A DNA stretch of 64,000 bases, taken from NCBI GenBank assembly GCA_046290465.1, contig JBKAGP010000001.1, forward strand, positions 1,792,001-1,856,000, in the 5' to 3' direction. Position numbers and translations under genes: made by a program. The notes below the pieces were generated by a model that saw only the letters and a list, made by a program, of their open reading frames with translations, was not told where the DNA came from and did no database searches. This DNA is from Planctomycetota bacterium. GTDB lineage: Bacteria; Planctomycetota; UBA1135; UBA2386. Shown one piece after another: positions 1 to 8,174 of the stretch; within the stretch, counting starts at the first letter, position 1, and each line of letters starts with the position of its first letter.

Positions 1-390
1 ATAGCTGTAGCCGTAGAGCCACAGGATCGTCGGGATGCCGAGCAGAAAGCACGCCGGCGACAGCAACCAGCAGAAGCCGAGGAAGGCCGCGCCGGCGCCG
101 AGCGCCAGCAGCAGCGCGCTGGTGGCGGTCACCCGACCAGCCGGGATCTCGCGGTTGCTGGTGCGAGGGTTGGCGGCGTCGAGTTCACGATCGGCCCAGC
201 GATTGAACGCCATCGCCGCGGTGCGCGCGGTGACGACCGCGCCACAGACCAGCCCGACCAGCCGCGGCGAAGGCGCCCCGTCGGTCGCGACCAGCAGCGA
301 CAGCAGCGCGAACGGCAGCGCGAACACCGAGTGCGACAGCTTGACCAGACCGGCGAAGGCCTGCGCCCGTTCGACGACGGCGCCGCTCAC
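1..390 (-). CDS. ubiA: UbiA-family polyprenyltransferase (MqnP-like), runs off the window edge
   Basis: Not in the ORF track. Manual translation from GTG at 390 gives MSGAVVERAQAFAGLVKLSHSVFALPFA...ARTAAMAFNRWADRELDAANPRTSNREIPAG, with the UbiA NxxxDxxxDxxNxRT motif. GTGA overlap with the ubiX stop. Confidence 0.9.
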   Translation of the reverse strand, partial: MSGAVVERAQAFAGLVKLSHSVFALPFALLSLLVATDGAPSPRLVGLVCGAVVTARTAAMAFNRWADRELDAANPRTSNREIPAGRVTATSALLLALGAGAAFLGFCWLLSPACFLLGIPTILWLYGYSY

Positions 391-1034
391 GCTTCGCCCT
401 CGTCCCACGGCGACGACGCCTCGGGGGTCTGCCAGCGCGCGACCAGGTCGTGGGGGATCGACAGGCGATCGAGGATCTTGCCGACCACGAAGTCAACCAG
501 CTCGGCGATCGTCGTCGGCCGCTGGTAGAAGCCGGGCATCGCCGGCAGCACCACCGCGCCGAGCCGCGTCAGCTTGAGCATGTTCTCGAGGTGCAGTTCG
601 CTGAGCGGTGTCTCGCGCGGCACCACCACCAGCGGCCGGCCCTCCTTGATGGCGACGTCCGCGGCGCGCTCGACCAGGTTGCTGGAGAAGCCGTGCGCGA
701 CCCGCGCCAGCGTGCCCATGCTGCACGGCACGACGATGGTCGCCGCGATGCCGGCGCTGCCCGACGCCGGCGCCGCCTCGACGGCGGCCAGGTCGTGCAC
801 GTGCAGGCGCTGGCGCAGTTCCTCCTCGAACAGCCCGGCGAGGTCGGGGCGCTGCAGGTCCAGCCGGTAGCCGCATTCGTGCACCAGCACGCGGATCGCC
901 GCGCCGGTCGCGCACAGGTGCACCTGGTGGCCCAGCCGCAGCAGCACCTCGACCAGTCGCTGGCCGTAGACGCTGCCGCTGCCGCCGGAGAAGCAGACCG
1001 CGTAGGTGCGCGGCTCGATCGGGTCGCTGGTCAC
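387..1034 (-). CDS. ubiX: Flavin prenyltransferase UbiX
   Basis: SGGSGSVYG, ASGS, VVPCSMGTLA, RAADVAIKEGRPLVVVPRETPLS and PAMPGFY motifs. GTG start at 1034 overlaps the upstream stop. Confidence 0.93.
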   Translation of the reverse strand: MTSDPIEPRTYAVCFSGGSGSVYGQRLVEVLLRLGHQVHLCATGAAIRVLVHECGYRLDLQRPDLAGLFEEELRQRLHVHDLAAVEAAPASGSAGIAATIVVPCSMGTLARVAHGFSSNLVERAADVAIKEGRPLVVVPRETPLSELHLENMLKLTRLGAVVLPAMPGFYQRPTTIAELVDFVVGKILDRLSIPHDLVARWQTPEASSPWDEGEA

Positions 1035-1798
1035 AGGCGCAGGTAGAAGTAGAGGTTGTAGACGGTGTGCGTGTAGACGCAGACGCCGTAGCCGCGTCCC
1101 CACATCAACAGGCCGAGCAGCACGCCGGCCATCGTGCGGAACAGGAAGCGGCCGCGGTCGTACGGCTCGCCACACAGGTGGTGGAACCACGAGAACACCA
1201 GCGCGCTGACGACGACCGCGAACATGCCGGCGAGCACCCGTGGCAGCGCCCACTCCCGCACCGCGCGCATGCCGAGCCAGACCAGCAGCGACATCAGGCC
1301 GAGACGGAAGACGAGCTCCTCGAACACGCCTGCGCCGATCGATCCGACCATGTTGGCGATCTGCTCGTTGCCGGGCGCCGACGTGGACAGCAGGCGGTTC
1401 GCGGACGACGTCATCGCGGATGCGATCGGGCCGAGCATGACGCCGTAGACCACGCCCTCGAGCGCGATCACCGCGACGACGCGGGCCCACGGCACCTTGT
1501 GCTTGACCAGCCAGTTGGCGGCGGCGGCGATCAGCAGCGCGAACGCGACGCTGACGACCATGTGGGCGCGGTCACCCAGGCGCGCGAGCTGCTGCAGCAG
1601 CAGCACCTCGGCGCCGTTGCGTTCGTCGGGCGCCAGCTGCCAGCGCGCCACCATGTAGAACAGCCACAGCGGCAGCACGGCGAACAGACCGACCGCCGGC
1701 TCGCGCGACCAGTGGAAGTAGCCGCCGGGTCGCAGGGGCCCCGAGGTCTGGTCCTCGACCACGACCTTGCCGGGCTCAGCCTTGCGGGACTTCGGCAC
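1031..1798 (-). CDS. CPBP (CAAX protease-like) intramembrane glutamic endopeptidase
   Basis: Multiple TM segments; EELVFR, FSWFHH and HTVYN motifs. Confidence 0.85.
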   Translation of the reverse strand: MPKSRKAEPGKVVVEDQTSGPLRPGGYFHWSREPAVGLFAVLPLWLFYMVARWQLAPDERNGAEVLLLQQLARLGDRAHMVVSVAFALLIAAAANWLVKHKVPWARVVAVIALEGVVYGVMLGPIASAMTSSANRLLSTSAPGNEQIANMVGSIGAGVFEELVFRLGLMSLLVWLGMRAVREWALPRVLAGMFAVVVSALVFSWFHHLCGEPYDRGRFLFRTMAGVLLGLLMWGRGYGVCVYTHTVYNLYFYLRL

Positions 1799-2471
1799 GG
1801 TAGATGGCGGCGATGCCGCCGGTCAGCAGCCGCTGACGCGGCGACCGGAGCCCCGCCTGCTGCATGAGGTCGAGGAACCGCTCACGTTCAGGGAACGCCT
1901 GCACGGAGTCGTGCAGGTAGCGGTAGGCGTCGTTCTTGTTGCCGCAGATCCACTTGCCCAGCCGCGGCAGCACCTGGCGGAAGTAGAAGCCGTAGAGCTG
2001 TGCGAACACCGGCAGGCGCGGCTTGCAGAACTCGAGCACGACGACGCGGCCGCCGGGGCGCACGACCCGCGCCATCTCGCGCAGCGCGACCACCGGATCG
2101 GCGACGTTGCGGATGCCGAACGCGACCGTCGCGAAGTCGAAGTGGTCGTCGGGCAACGGCAGGTTCATCGCGTCGGCGGCGAGGAACTCCGGACGGGTCG
2201 GGCCGCTCTTCTGCTTTCTGTGCGTGTGCGACAGCATCGGCGCGCAGAAGTCGGCGCCGAGCATCGTGGCACCGGCACGCTGCAGCGCGAAGCACAGATC
2301 GCCGGTGCCGGAGCAGACGTCGAGGCCGCGTTCGCCCGGCTGCACGTCGACGATGCGCACGGTACGGCGCCGCCACAGCACGTCGATGCCCATCGACAGG
2401 GCCCGGTTGGCGCGGTCGTAGCCCGGCGCCACGTCGGCGAACATGCGTTGGATGGTGGCGGCGTCGGGCAT
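1776..2471 (-). CDS. menG: Demethylmenaquinone/ubiquinone methyltransferase
   Basis: MFADVAPGYDRANRALSMGID, LDVCSGTGD, FGIRNV, LEF and AYRYLHDSV motifs. Start taken at MPDAAT. Confidence 0.92.
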   Translation of the reverse strand: MPDAATIQRMFADVAPGYDRANRALSMGIDVLWRRRTVRIVDVQPGERGLDVCSGTGDLCFALQRAGATMLGADFCAPMLSHTHRKQKSGPTRPEFLAADAMNLPLPDDHFDFATVAFGIRNVADPVVALREMARVVRPGGRVVVLEFCKPRLPVFAQLYGFYFRQVLPRLGKWICGNKNDAYRYLHDSVQAFPERERFLDLMQQAGLRSPRQRLLTGGIAAIYRAEVPQG

Positions 2472-2511
2472 CTGCGGAACGCGATTCTGCGCCACGCGCC
2501 GGCGGATCACA

Positions 2512-2559
2512 AACGAAGAACGCCCGCCGCCACGTTCGTGGCGGCGGGCGTTCCTCGTT
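2512..2559 (-). terminator. Rho-independent terminator of the large lipoprotein gene
   Basis: 23-bp arms (AACGAAGAACGCCCGCCGCCACG / CGTGGCGGCGGGCGTTCCTCGTT, one G-U pair on the minus-strand RNA), ending in a U-rich tail on the minus strand, about 50 nt after the stop at 2606. Confidence 0.8.
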
Positions 2560-2605
2560 CGCATCCGGGGGGTGAGGGTCCCCACCCCGTTCGCTCAGGC
2601 GTCCG

Positions 2606-5600
2606 TTACTGGCGCCAGTAGTTCGAGACGACGCGCACGCCCGGGACCGAGATGGTCGCGATGCGCGTGCCCGTGTTGATCTCGAACACGTCGACGTTGC
2701 CGACGTCCGACAGCGCGACGAACAAGAGACGCGGGATGACCGCCGCGGTCGGCGCGCCACCGACGTTCTTGATCACGTGCTTGCCCGAGTGGAAGTAGGG
2801 CGTCGCCGAGCCAGCACCGAAGAACGGGCTGACCTGACCGGTCGCGGCGCCGAAGTTGACCAGGTCGTCGTGGGCGAGGTCGATGATCGAGTTGCCCGAC
2901 ATCTGGTCGACGAACGAGCCCGGTGCCGGCGTGCCGCCGATGCGCTGGACGACCGTCCACTCCTTCTGGCGGAAGGTCGGCGGCAGGATGAAGCCGCCGG
3001 CAGACGGGTTCAGCTGCAGCTGGCCCTGCGGGGTGCTGGTCAGGTTCAGGCGCGAGACCTGCGCGAGGCCGGTCTCGTCCGTGTGGCCGATCATCACGCC
3101 GCCGAACGCCGTGTTGTTGTCGAAGATCATCGCGCGAGCCCGCGGGAACGAGACGTTCGTCACGGAGCCGATGATGTCGTTGAAGCCGATCCCGTTGACG
3201 CCGTCCGGACCCGACTCGTAGATCGCGACGGTGCCGTTGGCGTTGAGGATGTAGGCGTTGTAGACACCCGACACGTTGCCGGTGGTCTGGTAGCGCTCGG
3301 TCACGACCAGGTCGATCGGCTGGTTGAGGAAGCCGCCGAGCGTGCGACGCACGGTGAAGTCCTGGGCGCTGATGACCGTCAGGATGTTGGCGTCGGTCGA
3401 CACGCACAGCACGTCCTCACCGTCCGGCTGCCACGCGATGCCGGTCGGACCGCTCTCGACGCGGGTCTCGACCACCACCTGGTGGAAGTTCGGGCTGGTC
3501 GGGTCGATGTCGATGAACGACACCGACGAGCTGGCGAAGTTGGACACCGCCAGACGGGTCATGCTCGGCGACATCGCCATGCTGACCGGGTCCGACAGCT
3601 GGATCGTGTCCAGCACGGTGAAGCGGTTGCTGTTGACGACGACGACCTGCCGGTTGTCACGGTCGAGCACGTAGAGGAAGTGGCCGACCTGCTGACGCGA
3701 CGTGAACGGGCAGAACGGCGGCGGCGGCGGCGGCGAAGCCGGGGGCGGCTGCGGGCCGACGAACACGCCCATGAAGTTCGTGCCGTAGACACCGATCTCG
3801 TTCTGCACCGAGCTGAACGGGTTGCCGACCAGCAGCAGGTTGAGACCGACGGCGGCACAGTTGCTCGGCGGGCCACCGGTCGCCAGCGCACCGGTCGGGG
3901 CCACCGACGACTTGACCGCCGGCTCCTCGCCGAAGATCGCGCGGTTCGGGTTCGGCGGCGGGAAGATCAGCCGCGGCGGGTTCGGGATCGGCGGCTGCGT
4001 GATCGTGTTGCCCGACTGGACCAGACCGACGAGCTCGTTGACCTGGTTCGCTCGCGACGCGTTGCGGTTGATGTTCTCGTTGTTGTAGATCAGGTCGAGC
4101 GGCGCGCCGATGTGGATGTCGGTGACGTCGCTGACGATCGGATCGCGCAGCAGACGGGTGCTGCCGTTGGTGTCCTGCGTCAGGGTCAGCACACCCGCAC
4201 CACCGGCGTCGAGGTTCGACGTGCCCGGCGCCATCGACGGCACCACGCCCGGAACACCGATGTTCGGGTTGAGCGGCCAGCGGGTGTTGTTGATGTCACC
4301 GGTGCCCTGGCCGAAGCCGTGCAGGTCGATGACGCTGACGCCCGGCTCGGCGCCGCCGATGCCGACGTAGATCGCCTCGGGGGCGACCGGCGCGTTGACC
4401 AGGCCCGGACCGACGCCCGTCGTGTAGGACGTCGTGACGGCCTGACCGATCAGGTCGCCGTTGAGGCTGTTGATCGAGGTCGCCTGCACCGTCACGTCGA
4501 CCTGCGAGTTGCCCGGCAGGTTGTAGGCGGGACGCAGGATGTAGTTCATCAGGTCGCCGAAGCTGACCGGGTCCGCGTAGTAGATGACCGGGAAGGTCGA
4601 CGCGGCGGAGGTCACCTGCAGCGAGATACCGCCGGTCGGCGGCGTGAACAGCGACGGGTCGAAGAACGCACCGACCTCACCGGGCTGGACCGGCTTGTTG
4701 AAGCGGATCAGGATCGAACCGGTCGGGTCGATGCCCGTCTGGTTGTTGCCGGGGCTGATCTGCGGCAGCGCCGTGTAGCCGAGCACCTGCGGCGGATCCG
4801 GGTCAGGGCCGACCGTGGTCGCGACGCCAACCTCCTGCTCGAGGATGTCGTTCTCGGTGTCGCGCACCGCGTTGGTGATGACCAGGCGCAGCAGGCGGTT
4901 GTTCGGGAACGTCTCGAACGTCGTCAGGTCGCTGTCCGAGTCGGCCACGAACGTGAACGACTTGTTGGACACCAGGTCGCCGGCGCCGGGGTAGCTCGGG
5001 AAGCCGGCCGCGCGCGCGTCGATGATGTTGACGCCGTTGCTGCCGTCGTTCTCGACCGCCTGCACCTTTCGCAGCGTGCCACCTTCGTTGTAGTAGGTGA
5101 AGCCGTTGACGAAGCCGCGACCTTCGACGGTGACCGTGGTCTCGGTCGACGGGTCGTAGGCCAGCACCGTCAGCGCGCCGCTGAGGCCCGAGTTCGCCTG
5201 GTCCGCGAGCAGGTTGCTCAGGATCGAGTCGACGTCGAGCTTGTGCGAGAACGTGAAGTGCAGGAAGTGGTTGCCGGCGTCGCCGTTGGGCAGCACCGCC
5301 GTGGTCGGCAGCGTGGCGACCGGGAGCACGCCGTTGTTGCCGTTCACGAACTGCTTGAGGGTGTCCTCGCTTTCGATGTTGACGACCGTCGACGTCGGGT
5401 TGCCGAACGAGTCCGTCGTGCGAATGCGGTAGGGATACACGCTGCCGGAACCGGTGGAGATGCCGGTCACCAGGAACGCGCCCCGGTTGTCCGGGTCGCC
5501 CTTGGTGCCGCCGGTGCAGCCATGCGAGATGGCGAACAGGCCGACGACCGCGAGCGCGGAGAGGGAGCGAGCGGCGGGAGAAGCCGAGCGCGACCGATGC

Positions 5601-5617
5601 GATGGGTTGGCTTTCAT
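2606..5617 (-). CDS. Large secreted lipoprotein with Ig-like domain(s) and YVTN/YncE-like beta-propeller
   Basis: Lipobox-like ISHG-C; ISPGNNQTGIDPTGSILIRFNKPV resembles a bacterial Ig-like domain; Pro-rich linker; C-terminal propeller-like blades (AVSNFASSSVSFID, PTGIAWQPDG). Confidence 0.7.
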   Translation of the reverse strand: MKANPSHRSRSASPAARSLSALAVVGLFAISHGCTGGTKGDPDNRGAFLVTGISTGSGSVYPYRIRTTDSFGNPTSTVVNIESEDTLKQFVNGNNGVLPVATLPTTAVLPNGDAGNHFLHFTFSHKLDVDSILSNLLADQANSGLSGALTVLAYDPSTETTVTVEGRGFVNGFTYYNEGGTLRKVQAVENDGSNGVNIIDARAAGFPSYPGAGDLVSNKSFTFVADSDSDLTTFETFPNNRLLRLVITNAVRDTENDILEQEVGVATTVGPDPDPPQVLGYTALPQISPGNNQTGIDPTGSILIRFNKPVQPGEVGAFFDPSLFTPPTGGISLQVTSAASTFPVIYYADPVSFGDLMNYILRPAYNLPGNSQVDVTVQATSINSLNGDLIGQAVTTSYTTGVGPGLVNAPVAPEAIYVGIGGAEPGVSVIDLHGFGQGTGDINNTRWPLNPNIGVPGVVPSMAPGTSNLDAGGAGVLTLTQDTNGSTRLLRDPIVSDVTDIHIGAPLDLIYNNENINRNASRANQVNELVGLVQSGNTITQPPIPNPPRLIFPPPNPNRAIFGEEPAVKSSVAPTGALATGGPPSNCAAVGLNLLLVGNPFSSVQNEIGVYGTNFMGVFVGPQPPPASPPPPPPFCPFTSRQQVGHFLYVLDRDNRQVVVVNSNRFTVLDTIQLSDPVSMAMSPSMTRLAVSNFASSSVSFIDIDPTSPNFHQVVVETRVESGPTGIAWQPDGEDVLCVSTDANILTVISAQDFTVRRTLGGFLNQPIDLVVTERYQTTGNVSGVYNAYILNANGTVAIYESGPDGVNGIGFNDIIGSVTNVSFPRARAMIFDNNTAFGGVMIGHTDETGLAQVSRLNLTSTPQGQLQLNPSAGGFILPPTFRQKEWTVVQRIGGTPAPGSFVDQMSGNSIIDLAHDDLVNFGAATGQVSPFFGAGSATPYFHSGKHVIKNVGGAPTAAVIPRLLFVALSDVGNVDVFEINTGTRIATISVPGVRVVSNYWRQ

Positions 5618-5770
5618 TGGGATGCGAATCCGCCCTTGGACGAGGGCGGTAGGGTCTACTCCGGGACGAGTCGAGCCAGAAGCCGTAGAACGTTACTTCG
5701 CCAGCATTTCCATGCAAGCGAACTCCGCGTGCCACGGCCCGGTCCGAACGCCCGGGCTGACGGGGTAGAC

Positions 5771-5785
5771 GCAAGTCCGGTGCCA
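5771..5785 (-). promoter_or_regulatory. Sigma54 (-24/-12) promoter
   Basis: Minus strand reads TGGCAC-CGGAC-TTGC with exact sigma54 spacing, about 155 nt upstream of the ATG at 5617. Confidence 0.6.
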
Positions 5786-5999
5786 CGTCGCAGAGCGGCG
5801 CAGGATTCCTGATCCGGACGCTGAACGGGTGCCGACCGGCCCGCACGATGCACGCGCAAACCGCGATGCTACGGTCGCTTGCATTGAATTCGAGGCCCCG
5901 ACGCCAGACTGCGTGCGCATCCGCACACTGTGCGCGAGCGCTCACGCACCGCCCAGAACTCCCTGGGCGGCGACGCTCGGCCCGGACTAACGTGCCGAG

Positions 6000-8147
6000 A
6001 TGAGACGCCCCCACCTGCTCGCGCTCACGGCCCTCGCGGCAGGCGCGGCGGCGCTGCCCGCGCAACAGCGCGTCGCCTGCCTCGGCGACTCGATCACGTT
6101 CGGCGCGCGCATCGCCGACCGCGAGCACGCCAGCTACCCGGCCCGCCTGCAGGCGCGCGACCCGGGCCGCGAGGTGCGCAACTACGGCGTCGGCGGCGCG
6201 ACCTTGCTGCGCGGCGCGGACCGGCCGTTCTCGGCGACCGCACGGTGGCGCGACGCGCTCGCCTGGGCGCCCGACGTCGCGATCGTGATGCTCGGCACCA
6301 ACGACACCTGCCAGGACGAACGGCGCGACAACTGGCGCCACCAGGGCGACCTCGAACGCGACGCACAGCACCTGGTCGACGAACTGCTGCAGGCCAACCC
6401 GGACATGCAGGTGCTGCTGGCGACACCGCCCGACATGGTGACGACGCAGCGCGGCCTCGACGCGGCGCGCGTCGCCGACCTCGAAGCCCGCGCGCCGCGC
6501 CTCGCCCGGATCGCCGCCGCGCTGCGCAAGGTCGCAGCCGCCCCGGACGACCGCGTCGATTACGTCGACATGCGCCGCACGCTGCGGGACCGCGACGTCG
6601 TCGACGGGGTGCACCCCGATCCGTTCGGGGCCGACCGCATCGCGCAGCGCCTGCACGAGGTGCTGGCCAACCCGACCGCCCGGCCAGCACCGGCACTCGC
6701 GTCCCTGCCGCTGGCGACCACCCCCGACACGTTCGACCGCTTCGACGGCGCGGCGTTCACGCTGCCCGAGACCGGCGCGCGCTGCCGGCTGTTCGCGCCG
6801 CACCGCGTCGCCAGGGGCGCGCCGTGGATCCTGCGCGCGCGCTTCTTCGGCCACCAGCCGGCGCTCGACATCGCGCTGCTCGACCGCGGCTTCCACCTCG
6901 CCTACTGCGACGTCGCCGACCTCTACGGCAACGACGAAGCGGTGCGCCGCTGGGACGAACTGCACGCGCTGCTGACCAGGCACGGACTGGCGCGGCAGGT
7001 CGTGCTCGAAGGCATGAGTCGCGGCGGCCTCGCGATCGTCAACTGGGCCGCGGCCAACCCGGACCTGGTCGCGGCGATCTACGGCGACAATCCGGTGGCG
7101 GACTTCCGTTCGTGGCCGGGCGGGCAGAGCGGCAAGCGTTCCGACCGGGATTGGCAGCGCTGCCTCAAGGCCTACCGGCTCGACGAGGACGGCGCCCGCA
7201 CCTACGCGCGCATGCCGATCGACCGCCTCGCCCCGATCGCGAAGCGACGCGTGCCGCTGCTGCTGGTGCTTGGCGAGCACGACCGGGTCGTGCCGCCGAT
7301 CGAGAACGGTGAACGGCTCGCGCATCGCTATCGACAGCTCGGGGGGCCTGCCACCGTCTGGCGCAAGCCGGGCCAAGGCCACCACCCCCACGGCCTGTCG
7401 CCGGTCGACCCGCTGCTGCGCGCGATCCTGCACGCGACCGGCCAGGCAGCGATGCCGACGACGCACCCGATCGCATCGGTCGAGTACCGCCGCGGCGCCG
7501 GCTGGAACGGCGACACCTGGCGGCAACAGGTCGACCGCATGCGCGCGCTGGCCGGTCGCCACCCGCATACCCGCGTCGTGCTGCTCGGGGACTCGATCAC
7601 CCAGGGCCTGACCGGCGCCACCGATCGCGTCGCGGTCGCCGGCGGCACGCGCCCGTTCGACCGCGCGTTCGGCGACGTCTCGGCGATCGGCCTCGGCCTC
7701 AGCGGCGACCGCACCGAGCACCTGCTGTGGCGCATCCGGAACGGCGCGCTGCGCGAGCTGGCGCCCGCCGTCGTGGTGCTGCAGATCGGCGTCAACAACG
7801 TCAACGCGGCGGGCCACACCGCGCCCGAGACCAGCGCCGGCATCGCCGCCGTCGTCGACGCGCTGCTGGCCGCCGAACCAGAGGCCCGCGTGCTGATCTG
7901 CGGCCCGTTCCCCGGCGGCGCCAACCACAGCCACGTGCGCCGCACGCTCGACGACGTGCACGCGACGCTGCCAGAACTCGCCACCCACGCGCGGGTCGAC
8001 TACCTCGACCTGCGCCGGCTGTTCGTCGACGAAGACGGCACCGCGAACGACCGCATGCGCAAGGACCACATCCACCTGACCGGCGCCGGCATGCAGGCCT
8101 GGCTCGACGCCATCGCCCCGCCGGTGCGGCGCCTGCTTTTGCGCTGA
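6000..8147 (+). CDS. Secreted tri-domain esterase: SGNH + alpha/beta hydrolase + SGNH
   Basis: Signal peptide; GDSIT..GTND..DGVHP; GMSRGG nucleophile elbow; second GDSIT..GVNN..DHIH. Confidence 0.8.
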   Translation: MRRPHLLALTALAAGAAALPAQQRVACLGDSITFGARIADREHASYPARLQARDPGREVRNYGVGGATLLRGADRPFSATARWRDALAWAPDVAIVMLGTNDTCQDERRDNWRHQGDLERDAQHLVDELLQANPDMQVLLATPPDMVTTQRGLDAARVADLEARAPRLARIAAALRKVAAAPDDRVDYVDMRRTLRDRDVVDGVHPDPFGADRIAQRLHEVLANPTARPAPALASLPLATTPDTFDRFDGAAFTLPETGARCRLFAPHRVARGAPWILRARFFGHQPALDIALLDRGFHLAYCDVADLYGNDEAVRRWDELHALLTRHGLARQVVLEGMSRGGLAIVNWAAANPDLVAAIYGDNPVADFRSWPGGQSGKRSDRDWQRCLKAYRLDEDGARTYARMPIDRLAPIAKRRVPLLLVLGEHDRVVPPIENGERLAHRYRQLGGPATVWRKPGQGHHPHGLSPVDPLLRAILHATGQAAMPTTHPIASVEYRRGAGWNGDTWRQQVDRMRALAGRHPHTRVVLLGDSITQGLTGATDRVAVAGGTRPFDRAFGDVSAIGLGLSGDRTEHLLWRIRNGALRELAPAVVVLQIGVNNVNAAGHTAPETSAGIAAVVDALLAAEPEARVLICGPFPGGANHSHVRRTLDDVHATLPELATHARVDYLDLRRLFVDEDGTANDRMRKDHIHLTGAGMQAWLDAIAPPVRRLLLR

Positions 8148-8174
8148 CCGGAGCGGCGCCTATCCTTCGGATCG

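Noticed and set aside
5712..5734. Second TGGCAC upstream of the lipoprotein as another sigma54 site
   Set aside because: TTGC lies 11 nt after TGGCAC instead of the required 5.
2777..5812. Very long antisense or alternate-frame ORFs (also 4803-8075, 8160-12173, 28092-31829, 39439-42189, 49800-52802)
   Set aside because: Shadow ORFs expected at this GC content; Arg/Ala/Gly-rich, without motifs, and opposite well-supported genes.
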